DNA from: Myxococcota bacterium
GTDB taxonomy: Bacteria > Myxococcota_A > UBA9160 > UBA4427
NCBI GenBank assembly: GCA_965250285.1
Contig: OZ252299.1
Location: 992,001-1,056,000, forward strand
Length of the DNA: 64,000 bases
Reading direction: 5' to 3'
Positions 36,866-45,976 of the stretch are shown one piece after another (the stretch's first letter is position 1; each line of letters begins with the position of its first letter). The position numbers and the translations under genes were made by a program. A model generated the notes under the pieces. It had not been told where the DNA came from, did no database searches, and saw only the letters and a program-made list of their open reading frames with translations.

Positions 36866-37399
36866 TTGAGGAACTTCGAGCGAAGGCAGCGGGGCTCTGT
36901 GTTCGGGCGGGTCGGGCTCGCCCTGGGCTTGCTCGTGCTGTGGGCGGGGCCGGTCGCGTCCGAGTCGGATCGGCCGACCGAGGTGCCCTACGAGACGACG
37001 GGCGACTTTCCGAGCCTCGATCCCGGCTATCGACGGTCGAGCCATCAGGTCGTGCTGATCACGGATGAAGCGCTGAGTCCGCGTCTCGCGACGCTGGAAG
37101 AAGGGCAGCTCGTCGCCTGGATCAGCTACTCGAAGAGCGCCTCGACCATCGTGTTCGAGCGCGAGGTCGCGCGCTCGATGATCTGCCACAGCCTCGTCAA
37201 CTTCACGATCAAGGACGACGAGCTGAAGAGCGCCGAGATCCACCCGGGTGAGTTCGCGAGCTTCTGCGAGCTGAAGCCCGGGCGGTACCGCTACAAGGTG
37301 ATCCGCCCGAACCCGAAACAGGGCGGTGTCGGCGGGGTCGCGCGGCGGCTGCACGGCGAGATCATCGTCGGCAATCCCAACGACGACGACGACGACTGA
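36866..37399 (+). CDS. Secreted cupredoxin-fold-like protein
   Basis: Signal peptide; cupredoxin-like strand pattern LSP...TLEEGQLVAW, IHPGEFASF..LKPGRYRY, LHGEIIV. Confidence 0.6.
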   Translation: MRNFERRQRGSVFGRVGLALGLLVLWAGPVASESDRPTEVPYETTGDFPSLDPGYRRSSHQVVLITDEALSPRLATLEEGQLVAWISYSKSASTIVFEREVARSMICHSLVNFTIKDDELKSAEIHPGEFASFCELKPGRYRYKVIRPNPKQGGVGGVARRLHGEIIVGNPNDDDDD

Positions 37400-37425
37400 G
37401 CCGAGCGGAGCGCTGGAACGAAGCT

Positions 37426-37944
37426 GTGCTCGAATCCCTCGCGAACATCGGCGAGTTCGTCGGCGCGATCGGTGTGATCGTGACCGTCGGCTATCTCGCG
37501 ATCCAGATTCGTCAGAACACCAAGGCCGTGCGCACGTCGAGCTACCACCAGGCCGCGGAACAGACCTGGTCTGCCTCCCTGACCATGGCGGCCAACGCAG
37601 ACCTGGCCGAGCTCTGGACGCGGGCGAGCATGGGAGAACCGCTATCTCCGGCGGAGCAGGCGCGGATCGGGGCGTACGATCTATCGGTGCTCTTCGGGAT
37701 GGAGAACTTGATGCGTCTCTATGAAGAGAAGCAGCTCGACGAAGAGGTGTTCGCGAACGTCATCGACAACACGCTCTTCTTTCTCATGCACCCGCGCATC
37801 CTGGAGCAGCTCGATCAGCGCCCGGGCATGCTGTCCAAGAAGTTGAAGCGGTTCGCCTGCAAACGCGCCGAAGACATCGGCTTCGAGGTCGATCTGTTGG
37901 GGGTCACGCCCGGCGTCGCTCAACGCCCGCCTACATCCCCATGA
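37426..37944 (+). CDS. Hypothetical protein with N-terminal membrane anchor
   Basis: ESLANIGEFVGAIGVIVTVGYLAIQIRQNTKA helix followed by a helical soluble region; normal protein-like composition. Confidence 0.7.
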   Translation: MLESLANIGEFVGAIGVIVTVGYLAIQIRQNTKAVRTSSYHQAAEQTWSASLTMAANADLAELWTRASMGEPLSPAEQARIGAYDLSVLFGMENLMRLYEEKQLDEEVFANVIDNTLFFLMHPRILEQLDQRPGMLSKKLKRFACKRAEDIGFEVDLLGVTPGVAQRPPTSP

Positions 37945-38629
37945 AGCCCAGGAACGTCTCGAGCGACGTGACTCGCAGGTAGGGGTTCGTCCGCTTCTGC
38001 TCGCCCATGGTGTCGCTGGGCTCGCCGTAGGCGTGGCCGGGGAAGAGCAGCGTTTCGTCGGGAAGCTGCTTGAGCGTCGTGTTGAGGCTGCGGTACAGCG
38101 CCTCGGCATCGCCGCCCGGCAGGTCGACGCGCCCACACGCGTTGAGGAAGAGCGTGTCGCCTGAGACGAGGTGCCCTGGCTGGCCCGCCTCCTCGACCAG
38201 GAAGCACTGCGAGCCAGGGGTGTGCCCGGGCGTGTGCAGCAGCCGAATCTGGATCGCGCCGAGGTCGAGCACGTCGCCGCCGTCGTGCAGGGCGAGGTCG
38301 CCGTCCGACACGCCGGTCACCTGCTTGAGGCCGTGCGCCTCCTCCTTCTGCACGTGAATCGGCATGGGGCTGCGCTCGAGCAGGCGATCGAGGCCCTGGA
38401 TGTCCATGCCGAAGATGCTCCCGCCGACGTGGTCCTGGTGGTAGTGCGTCACCAGGGCGCCTTCGACGGTCATCCCGTCCTCTTCGGCCAGGTCGAGCAG
38501 CCCATCGACCTGCCAGGCGGGGTCGACCACCACGGCCCGACGCGTCTCGGTGCAGCCGATCAGGTAGGCGTAGTTCGCCATGTCGCCGACGGGCAGCTGG
38601 CGAAAATAGAGCTGGCTCTCGTTCGACAT
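37931..38629 (-). CDS. MBL-fold metallo-hydrolase (glyoxalase II/ETHE1-like)
   Basis: NYAYLIG, VVDPAW, THYHQDHVGG, HTPGHTPGS, SGDTLF...CGR.D, FPGH.Y. Confidence 0.9.
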   Translation of the reverse strand: MSNESQLYFRQLPVGDMANYAYLIGCTETRRAVVVDPAWQVDGLLDLAEEDGMTVEGALVTHYHQDHVGGSIFGMDIQGLDRLLERSPMPIHVQKEEAHGLKQVTGVSDGDLALHDGGDVLDLGAIQIRLLHTPGHTPGSQCFLVEEAGQPGHLVSGDTLFLNACGRVDLPGGDAEALYRSLNTTLKQLPDETLLFPGHAYGEPSDTMGEQKRTNPYLRVTSLETFLGFMGM

Positions 38630-38690
38630 GCGCTCGTCTCTCCTGCAATGCGCTCGGTCGGCGTGCAGGCGGGCCGGGGCCCGCGTCGGC

Positions 38691-39494
38691 TCAGGCCGGC
38701 TCGCTGCCCAGGATGCTCTGCACCCACCCGACGAGGTCGAGGGCGAACTCCTCGGCCGGCCCTTCGGGCTCGGTGCGGCGGGGCATCACGAAGTCGTCGT
38801 CACCCATCGCCTTGAGGCCCTCGTCGTCGGGCTCGGGCGGGGGCGGAGGCGGCGGGATGTCTTCGGGAGCGAAGAGGTTCTTGCCGGCGTTCGGGATCGA
38901 GACGGCCCGCACCGGGGCGCCAATGCGCGACAGACAGCGCTGGACGGCGGGCGGGGTGCAGTTCGGATCCTCGGTGCCGTGGACGAAGAGCATCGGCGAC
39001 ACCACGCGATTGAGTCCCTCGACCTGCAGATTCTCGGGCTCGTTCTTCGGGTGAAGCGGATAGCTGAGCATCGCCAGGCCATCGATCTGTAGACGCTCAC
39101 TGGCGAGTCGAGCGGCGACGCGGGCCCCGATGCCGAAGCCGCCGAGAAAGAGGTGCGCCGGGGTGGCCGTGGGATCGCGCCCGAGGACGGCCAGGGCGCA
39201 CCGATACGCGAGCTCGAGGCTCTCCATCGGGTCGGCCTTGGCCCGGCGGCTCTTTTCGGCGAACGGGAAGTTGAAGCGGATCGTGAGGATGTGATTCTCG
39301 GTGAGCACCCGATGCAGGTACTCGACCAGCGGATCCTCATGATCGCTGCCCTCGGCGTGGGCGATCGCCATGGCGACCCGCTCCCCCGTGGGCCACCACT
39401 CCGGAATCCCCAGGACGCCCGAGACGGCGTCGAGACCTCGGATGGGCTCGAGAAGGGGGATCCGGACGTCCTCGAACTTCGCGCTGTGATCCAT
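38691..39494 (-). CDS. Alpha/beta-hydrolase-fold protein (KANSL3/Tex30-like), catalytic Ser and His apparently absent
   Basis: RFNFPF, LGGFGIGARVA, LSYPLHP, PMLFVHGTEDP. Confidence 0.75.
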   Translation of the reverse strand: MDHSAKFEDVRIPLLEPIRGLDAVSGVLGIPEWWPTGERVAMAIAHAEGSDHEDPLVEYLHRVLTENHILTIRFNFPFAEKSRRAKADPMESLELAYRCALAVLGRDPTATPAHLFLGGFGIGARVAARLASERLQIDGLAMLSYPLHPKNEPENLQVEGLNRVVSPMLFVHGTEDPNCTPPAVQRCLSRIGAPVRAVSIPNAGKNLFAPEDIPPPPPPPEPDDEGLKAMGDDDFVMPRRTEPEGPAEEFALDLVGWVQSILGSEPA

Positions 39495-39736
39495 TGCGGC
39501 CTCGACGGCTCCCCTTTGGGGGAACTTCTATCACAGCAACCCCGCGCGCGCACGGCGGATTTGGGGCACGATGGAGCCGCGCGCCCCCAGCCTGCCGCAG
39601 ATTCGACGCTCCGCGTCCGATCGATCGACGCGCGGCGTCGAGGCGGGGTCGGTTTCGGCCGACCGGGGGCGGGGCCGAGCGACGCCCGGGCCCGTGGCCG
39701 CTCACCTCGTGGGCGCACCAGCCGATGGAAGGACGC

Positions 39737-40666
39737 ATGGACCGGATCCTCATCACCGGCATATCGGGTGGACTTGGCCGCCTCGTCGCGCGCCGTCTGC
39801 TGCCCGAGGCCGAGATCACCGGCGTCGATCGCCACGCCTGGCGCAGCAAACCGCCCGAGATTCGCCTGCACCGTGTCGACCTGCTCAAGCGGGCCTTCGA
39901 GGACGTGATCCGCACCGAGAAGCCGAAGGTCGTCGTCCACATGGGCTTCGTCCGCGACTTTCGCTCGGCCCAGGAGCTGCGCCACGAGGTGAACGTGCGC
40001 GGCACGAAGCAGCTGCTCGACCACTGCGCCGCCCATGGCGTGCAGCAGCTGATCGTGCTGTCGAGCGGCTACGTGTACGGCGCGTTCAGCGAGAACCCGT
40101 ACTTCATGGACGAGGATCAGCCGCTCTCGGCGAGCCGTAGCTATCCCGAGATTCGCGATCTCGTCGAGGTCGACACGATCGCCTCGGCCTTCATCTGGCG
40201 GCATCCCCAGGTGCGCACCAGCGTGCTGCGACCGGTCAATACGCTGGGGCCGCACGTGCACTCGATGGCGGCGGCGCTGCTCAGCATGCGGCGGGTACCG
40301 ACGGTGACGGGCTTCGACCCGATGATGCAGTTCATCTCGGAGGACGACGTCGTCGAGGCGATCGCGGCCGCCATCGCGCACAGGCTGCAGGGTGTGTTCA
40401 ACGTCGTGGGGCCGGGCGAGGTACCGCTCCACACCGCGATCCGCGAGTGTGGCCGTAGGCCCTTCTCGTTGCCGGGGCCGGTCGCCCACTCGGCCTACGA
40501 GCGCGGTTTCAAGTGGGGTCTCTGGCCGTATCCGCCGGGCATGCTCGACTATCTCAAGTTTCCGATTTCGCTCTCGGGCGAACGCTTCCGCGAGGCAACC
40601 GAGTTCAAGCCGAGCGTGTCGCTCCGCGAGATCTTCGCCTCGATGAGGGCCCGCCGTGCACGTTGA
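39737..40666 (+). CDS. NAD-dependent epimerase/dehydratase family (atypical SDR)
   Basis: ILITGISGGLG, VNVRGT, LSS..VYGA...NP, VLRPVNTLGP, GFDPMMQFISEDDV, GVFNV. Confidence 0.88.
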   Translation: MDRILITGISGGLGRLVARRLLPEAEITGVDRHAWRSKPPEIRLHRVDLLKRAFEDVIRTEKPKVVVHMGFVRDFRSAQELRHEVNVRGTKQLLDHCAAHGVQQLIVLSSGYVYGAFSENPYFMDEDQPLSASRSYPEIRDLVEVDTIASAFIWRHPQVRTSVLRPVNTLGPHVHSMAAALLSMRRVPTVTGFDPMMQFISEDDVVEAIAAAIAHRLQGVFNVVGPGEVPLHTAIRECGRRPFSLPGPVAHSAYERGFKWGLWPYPPGMLDYLKFPISLSGERFREATEFKPSVSLREIFASMRARRAR

Positions 40667-40725
40667 TTCACGCTGCATCAGACCGAAGCGCCGAAGAGCT
40701 GCGCCGTCCTTCGAAGGAGCGACCC

Positions 40726-41616
40726 GTGTCGATTGACTCGCAGCTCGCGACGTCGGCCATCGGAGATCTCGTCGGGGCCTTCAAGCCGCTCTGGGTGCGC
40801 CGACTCCAGGAGGAGATCGACGATCGTGTCGCTCACGTGCCGACGGTACTCAACGAGTACGGGTACGACAGCTACGGCATGAACCCACGGCAGACCAGCC
40901 AGAGCCTGCTCTTCGGTGCGCTGCTGTACCGCTACTACTTCCGCTGTCAGACCTACGGCATGGAGGGGCTGCCGACCGGCCCGTTCATGCTGATCTCGAA
41001 CCACGCCGGGCAGCTGCCCTTCGACGGCATGATGATCGCGACGGCGATGCTCCTCGAGGCGAACCCCCCGCGCATCGTGCGCGGCATGGCCGAGTACTTC
41101 GTGAGCGAGCTGCCGTTCGTGAGCGTCGCTGCGGCCCGGGGCGGGACGCTGTCGGGCACGCCGCGCAACTGCATCAACCTGCTGAAGGGCGGTGAGGTCG
41201 TGATGGCGTTCCCGGAAGGCGCCCGAGGCATGAACAAGCCCTTCAGCAAGCGGTACAGGCTCGAGCGGTTCGGGCTCGGCTTCATGCGGCTCGCGCTCGA
41301 GGCGGGCGTGCCGATCGTGCCGGTCTCGGTGGTCGGCAGCGAGGAGCAGAACCCGGGGCTCTTCAACCTGCGCAAGATCGGCAAGGCGATCGGCGCGCCG
41401 GCGCTCCCGATCACGCTCACCTTTCCCCTGCTCGGTCCGCTCGGCCTGCTGCCGATGCCCGTGAAGTACCACATGTACTTTCATGCACCGATGCACTTCA
41501 CCGGCGACCCCGACGACGAGGACGCGAAGGTCCAGGATCAGGTCGATCAGGTGAGGGCGGTGATCGAAGCCGGCTTCGAGCGTGGCCTCAAAGAGCGCAG
41601 CGGCATCTTCAGCTAG
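40726..41616 (+). CDS. Lysophospholipid/glycerolipid acyltransferase (PlsC/DAGAT-like)
   Basis: SNHAGQLPFDG, FPEGARG, RYRLERFGLGFMRLA, PIVPVSVVG.EEQ.P; AAGGAG SD before GTG 40726. Confidence 0.9.
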   Translation: MSIDSQLATSAIGDLVGAFKPLWVRRLQEEIDDRVAHVPTVLNEYGYDSYGMNPRQTSQSLLFGALLYRYYFRCQTYGMEGLPTGPFMLISNHAGQLPFDGMMIATAMLLEANPPRIVRGMAEYFVSELPFVSVAAARGGTLSGTPRNCINLLKGGEVVMAFPEGARGMNKPFSKRYRLERFGLGFMRLALEAGVPIVPVSVVGSEEQNPGLFNLRKIGKAIGAPALPITLTFPLLGPLGLLPMPVKYHMYFHAPMHFTGDPDDEDAKVQDQVDQVRAVIEAGFERGLKERSGIFS

Positions 41617-41630
41617 GCGAGGGGGCGCGG

Positions 41631-42107
41631 ATGAGCGATCAGAGCGTGACGATCGAGCTGAACCCCGAAGAGCGGCGACTCTACGAGCGGCTTCGCGGTG
41701 CCGTCGTGCATCACCGCAGTCAGGGCGAGCCGTCGGGGCTGCTCGATCTGCTCTTCTTGCTGCCCGACTTCACGGTGCTGCTCATGCGCCTGCTCCGTGA
41801 CGCGCGCGTCCCGATCATGGCGAAGGCCGTGGCCGTCGGTGGCGTGGCCTACGTCGTGTCGCCGATCGACGTCGTGCCCGGGCTGATCTTTGGCCCGATC
41901 GGTCTCGTCGACGACCTGATCGTCGTCGCGGCCTGCGTCTCGGGCATGCTGAATCGCGTGCATCCCGACGTCGTGCGGTCGCACTGGTCGGGGCAGGGCG
42001 ACGTGCTCGACGCGCTCGCCCAGGTCACCGACCTCGTCGAGGATCAGGTCATCGGCAATGTGCGCACGGCCTTCAGTCGACTCGTCGGCCGCAGCGGCGC
42101 GCGCTAG
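41631..42107 (+). CDS. YkvA/DUF1232 family membrane protein
   Basis: LL.D.RVP..AK, AYVVSPIDVVP...FGPIGLVDD. Confidence 0.88.
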   Translation: MSDQSVTIELNPEERRLYERLRGAVVHHRSQGEPSGLLDLLFLLPDFTVLLMRLLRDARVPIMAKAVAVGGVAYVVSPIDVVPGLIFGPIGLVDDLIVVAACVSGMLNRVHPDVVRSHWSGQGDVLDALAQVTDLVEDQVIGNVRTAFSRLVGRSGAR

Positions 42108-42143
42108 CCGCACCGCTGAGGCGCTCTCGCCGCGCGACATCCG

Positions 42144-42228
42144 CGCGCTCGGGGTGGGGCGTCACGCGCTCGGGGTGGGGCGTCACGCGGTCGGGGTGGA
42201 GGCGCCGGGCGCGCGGGGTGGGGGCGTC
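42144..42228. repeat. G-rich 21-bp tandem repeat (2 perfect + 2 degenerate copies)
   Basis: cgcgctcggggtggggcgtca at 42144 and 42165, then cgcggtcggggtggaggcgccg and gcgcggggtgggggcgtc, between convergent genes. Confidence 0.8.
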
Positions 42229-42257
42229 GGGCGCTCGCGGAGCGCCGCGTGACGCGG

Positions 42258-42683
42258 TCAGCCGGGGCCGGCCAGCCGGATGCGATCCTCTTTCGGGATG
42301 CGCCTGACCCGTCCTTCGTCGTTCACCGCAGCGTGTTCCGTAGCTCCAGTGACGAGGGTCTCTCCGTCGCAGTCGATGCGGTAGCCCATCCGCAGCGACG
42401 CGCCGCGCACCCACTCCATCCAGGTCGTGACCTCCAGCCGGTCGTCGAACCGCGCGCTGCGCTGGTAGTCGGCCTCGACCCGAGTCACGGCAAAGTGCAG
42501 CCCCTGGTCCATGTAGTGGCCATAGCCGCGGTCGTGTTCGTCGAGCCAGACGACCCGGGCGTCTTCGAAGAACTTCAGGTAGTTCGCGTGATGCACGATG
42601 CCCATCGCGTCGGTCTCGTGAAAGCCGACGCGATGAACGAGGGTCGATCGACGCGTGTCGGTCTGCTCGGTGGGCGCGGCCAA
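42258..42683 (-). CDS. Acyl-CoA thioesterase (YbgC/FadM hotdog family)
   Basis: RVGFHETDAMGIVHHANYLKFFEDAR, Y..SARFDD.L. Confidence 0.9.
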   Translation of the reverse strand: MAAPTEQTDTRRSTLVHRVGFHETDAMGIVHHANYLKFFEDARVVWLDEHDRGYGHYMDQGLHFAVTRVEADYQRSARFDDRLEVTTWMEWVRGASLRMGYRIDCDGETLVTGATEHAAVNDEGRVRRIPKEDRIRLAGPG

Positions 42684-42687
42684 GGGC

Positions 42688-43449
42688 TCAGAAGTTGTCC
42701 TTGGCGGTGCGGATCCGGCCGAGCTCTTCGGCCGTGGCCGCGCGCATGAAGACGTTGGTGGCCTTCTCGTCGCCGATCGTCGTCGGGATCGTCATCTCGG
42801 CCGGCGTGGCGTCGTGCCAATCGGCCGCGGCCTGGCGGCGAATCTGGCGCACGCGCTCGAGCTTCTCGGCGATCGCCGGGTTGTCGGGCTCGATCGTCAC
42901 CGCGAACTCGAGGTTCGACAGCGTGTATTCGTGACCGCAGAAGACGCGAACGTCGTCGGGCAGCTCGAACAGCTTCACGCAGAGCGCGTCGTACATCATC
43001 TGCGCATCGCCCTCGAAGAGTCGACCGCAACCGCCTGCGAACAGCATGTCCCCCGTGAAGGCCGCCTTGGCTTCGTCGAACACATAGGCGACGTGGCCCA
43101 TTGTGTGTGAGGGGATGAACAGCACCCGCGCGGTCTGGTGGCCCACTTGCACGGTGTCGCCTTCGTCGACCCCCTGGGTCATGCCCGCCAGGCGTCCATC
43201 GTCGCTCACGTGGCCGATCACGGGCACGCCGCCGAAGAACGCGGCGAGCTCGGGATTCGCCAGCGCGTGATCGGGGTGGTGATGCGTCGAGAGGATCTTC
43301 GTGACGTGGGCGCCGCTGGCGGCGACCGCCTTCTTGACCGGCTCGGCCTCGGGCGCATCGACGACGGCGGCCTCGTTGGTTTCGTCGCAGACCAGCAGAT
43401 ACGTGTAGTTGTCGCCGAAGGTCGGGATGCGTTCGATCTGGAGGGCCAT
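42688..43449 (-). CDS. gloB: Hydroxyacylglutathione hydrolase (glyoxalase II)
   Basis: DNYTYLL, THHHPDH, HT.GH, FTGD.LF.GGCGRLFEG, CGHEYT.SNL.FA, PTTIG.EK..N.F.R, R..KDNF. Confidence 0.92.
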   Translation of the reverse strand: MALQIERIPTFGDNYTYLLVCDETNEAAVVDAPEAEPVKKAVAASGAHVTKILSTHHHPDHALANPELAAFFGGVPVIGHVSDDGRLAGMTQGVDEGDTVQVGHQTARVLFIPSHTMGHVAYVFDEAKAAFTGDMLFAGGCGRLFEGDAQMMYDALCVKLFELPDDVRVFCGHEYTLSNLEFAVTIEPDNPAIAEKLERVRQIRRQAAADWHDATPAEMTIPTTIGDEKATNVFMRAATAEELGRIRTAKDNF

Positions 43450-43520
43450 GCCGAGAGCTTACCGCGAACTGCGCAGCGCCGACGGGCGTTGCCCCGCGCG
43501 CCTGCGGTGTGTCGGGCCGC

Positions 43521-44360
43521 CTACAGCAAGGTCATCTGCGGGGGCGGCGTGGTGTCGCCCGCCCGTTTGGCCTCGATCTCTTCACGTGTCGGCGGCGTGT
43601 GGCCCCAGGCCGGGCACATGTCGCGGAATTCGCACCAGTCGCAGAGGCGATTCTTCTCGGGCTCGAACTGGCGCTCTGCCTCGATGCGATCGATCAGCGC
43701 CATCGTCTCGTGGCGCAGGTCATCGAGCTGTTCGGGGCTGCGCTCGGACACACAGCGCCGGTTCTTCGAGAGGTAGTGCCAGACCAGTCGGATCGGGGCG
43801 TCGTCGCCGTACTCGCGGGCGACGCCGATCTGATAGAGCGCGAGCTGCCGGTCTTCGTCGAGCTTCTTCTGGCTCGGCACGTACGCGCCGGTCTTGTAGT
43901 CGTGGATCTCGATGGCCCCGTCGCGCGTGCGCACGATGCGGTCGATGATGCCCTGCAGTCCGTAGCGCTTCTCGTCGTCGAGGTGGAACACGACGCGATG
44001 CTCGATGCCCAGTGTTTCGTCCTGGTCGAAGGGGTAGTGGCGCTGGTAGAAATGAGTGAGGCAGTCGACGCCGAGCTGACGATAGTCGTCGAGCTTCATG
44101 CCGCGTTTCACGATGCGCAGGCGACTTTCGTCGAGGTGCTCATCGAAGAGGGCGTGATAGCGGGCGAGCACCTTCGGGAGCCCGGGCACCTGATCGCGTT
44201 CGACGAAGAGATAGAGGCGCTCGAGCACCTCGTGCACGCGCTTGCCGACGAAGGCCTCGACGCCCTCGGTCTCCTGGGGCACCTGGAGCACGTACCGAAA
44301 GTGAAACTTCTTCGGGCAGTTCTCGAAGCTGGAGAGGCGCGAGTGGCTGTAGAGCGTCAA
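43521..44360 (-). CDS. PD-(D/E)XK RecB/Cas4-like exonuclease with 4-Cys (Fe-S) pattern
   Basis: SHSRL..FE.CP, G...H..LE, G.IDRI, IHDYKTG, QLALY, C-terminal LCDWCEF...CP. Confidence 0.88.
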   Translation of the reverse strand: MTLYSHSRLSSFENCPKKFHFRYVLQVPQETEGVEAFVGKRVHEVLERLYLFVERDQVPGLPKVLARYHALFDEHLDESRLRIVKRGMKLDDYRQLGVDCLTHFYQRHYPFDQDETLGIEHRVVFHLDDEKRYGLQGIIDRIVRTRDGAIEIHDYKTGAYVPSQKKLDEDRQLALYQIGVAREYGDDAPIRLVWHYLSKNRRCVSERSPEQLDDLRHETMALIDRIEAERQFEPEKNRLCDWCEFRDMCPAWGHTPPTREEIEAKRAGDTTPPPQMTLL

Positions 44361-44420
44361 TGGTTCCCCCCGGACCCGTTCCGCCCCATGGTAGCCCGAC
44401 CCGCGGCCGTCGTGGAGGGA

Positions 44421-44873
44421 TCAGCGGCCCGCGAGTCGCTCTGCGGCGAGCCGGATCATCTCCTGCTCGTTCTCGAACGTGAGCCCCTGCCGGGCCGCCT
44501 GCTCGCCGAGCCACAGGATCCGCTCCATCTCGTCGTCCTTCGGCGCATCGCTCGGGCCGAGGTCCTCCATGAGATAGAAGACGACGCGCTTCTCGATGCG
44601 GCCGCCGGGGCGCTTCTTTCGAGGCGGCGCGTCGAAGGCGTAGCGGTGCTCGCCGAGCAGACCGTCGATGCGGGCCCGCCGCCCGGTCTCCTCGGCGACC
44701 TCGCGCAGAGCGGCCTCTTCGAGTCCCTCGCCCGGATCGACGTGTCCCTTCGGTAGACGCAGGTTGCGGTCGTGCGTGCGCCAGTCGATCTGCTCGCCGA
44801 TCAGGAACTCGAAGCCCCCATCGCGCCGCCGGTACACCACGCCGCCCGCGGCCGTCGCCTGCTGGATCTTCAT
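44421..44873 (-). CDS. NUDIX hydrolase
   Basis: AAGGVV; Nudix box LPKGHVDPGEGLEEAALREVAEETG. Confidence 0.92.
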   Translation of the reverse strand: MKIQQATAAGGVVYRRRDGGFEFLIGEQIDWRTHDRNLRLPKGHVDPGEGLEEAALREVAEETGRRARIDGLLGEHRYAFDAPPRKKRPGGRIEKRVVFYLMEDLGPSDAPKDDEMERILWLGEQAARQGLTFENEQEMIRLAAERLAGR

Positions 44874-45065
44874 GGGGGTCTCCTCGCCCGACGGTCGCCG
44901 CGCCTGGTGGCAGCCGCGTCTGCTGCGCCCGAGCTGCGTGCCGCCGCGACGATACTCCGACGCCGAGACGGCATCCAAAGGGGTCACGCCCGTCCGCCCC
45001 GACCACGGCGCCCCCTCGCGCTAAGGTCTGGCCAACTCGCCCACCCGGGCAGGAGGTCCATCCCA

Positions 45066-45974
45066 GTGAGCAGCGACGACCAGCGCGCCGGATCGGGCGG
45101 TCTCGACATCGACCCGCGCGTCTACGAAGACCTCGTCGAGGCCCTCTCGGGGTGCAACGAGGATCCGCACAGCCAGGCCGTCTGCCGGGGCGTGCTGGAC
45201 CCCGACGCCGTGGTGCGCTGGACCGATCAGACCCAGCGGCTGGTCCGCTACAAGTGCGACGCCGACGAGCTGAGAAGCGATCTGCCGGACATCGCCGAGG
45301 GCCTACACCAGCTGCTCGAGCGCGTCGATCTGCCTTCGAACCTCGACCGCACTTCCGCCACCGAGCGCTTCATGAAGTCGCTGCCCGCGATTCGGGCGCT
45401 CGTTGCGCTCGACGTCGAGGCGGCCTTCGATGGCGACCCGGCCGCGCAGGGGGCCGAAGAGATCGTGCTCGCCTATCCCGCGATCCGGGCGCTGTCGATC
45501 CACCGCATCGCCCACGTGCTGTACGACCTCGGCGTGCCGCTGCTGCCGCGCATCATGAGTGAGTACGCCCACGACCGCACCGGCATCGACATCCATCCGG
45601 GCGCCCGCATCGGCGAGCGCTTCTTCATCGACCACGGCACGGGCGTCGTGATCGGCGAGACCGCGCTGATCGGCAAGCGCGTTCGCATCTACCAGGGCGT
45701 GACCCTGGGCGCGACGTCGCTCAAGCACGCCGGTTCGCTCCGCGGTGTGAAGCGGCACCCGACCGTCGAAGACGACGTGACGATCTACGCCGGTGCGACC
45801 ATCCTGGGCGGTGAGACCGTCATCGGCGCAGGCAGCGTGATCGGCGGCAACGTCTGGCTGACCGACTCGGTGCCGCCCGGCACGCGGATGCTCGCCGAGC
45901 CCCCGCGCCAGCTGGTGCGCGGCGGTGACGAGACCTCCGAGGGCGAGCCCTCCCAGCTGCACTGGGACATCTGA
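45066..45974 (+). CDS. cysE: Serine O-acetyltransferase (EpsC/CysE type)
   Basis: GDPAA...EEI..AYP, HRIAH, TGIDIHPGA.IG..FFIDHGTGVVIGET, KRHPT; AGGAGG SD before GTG 45066. Confidence 0.9.
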   Translation: MSSDDQRAGSGGLDIDPRVYEDLVEALSGCNEDPHSQAVCRGVLDPDAVVRWTDQTQRLVRYKCDADELRSDLPDIAEGLHQLLERVDLPSNLDRTSATERFMKSLPAIRALVALDVEAAFDGDPAAQGAEEIVLAYPAIRALSIHRIAHVLYDLGVPLLPRIMSEYAHDRTGIDIHPGARIGERFFIDHGTGVVIGETALIGKRVRIYQGVTLGATSLKHAGSLRGVKRHPTVEDDVTIYAGATILGGETVIGAGSVIGGNVWLTDSVPPGTRMLAEPPRQLVRGGDETSEGEPSQLHWDI

Positions 45975-45976
45975 CG

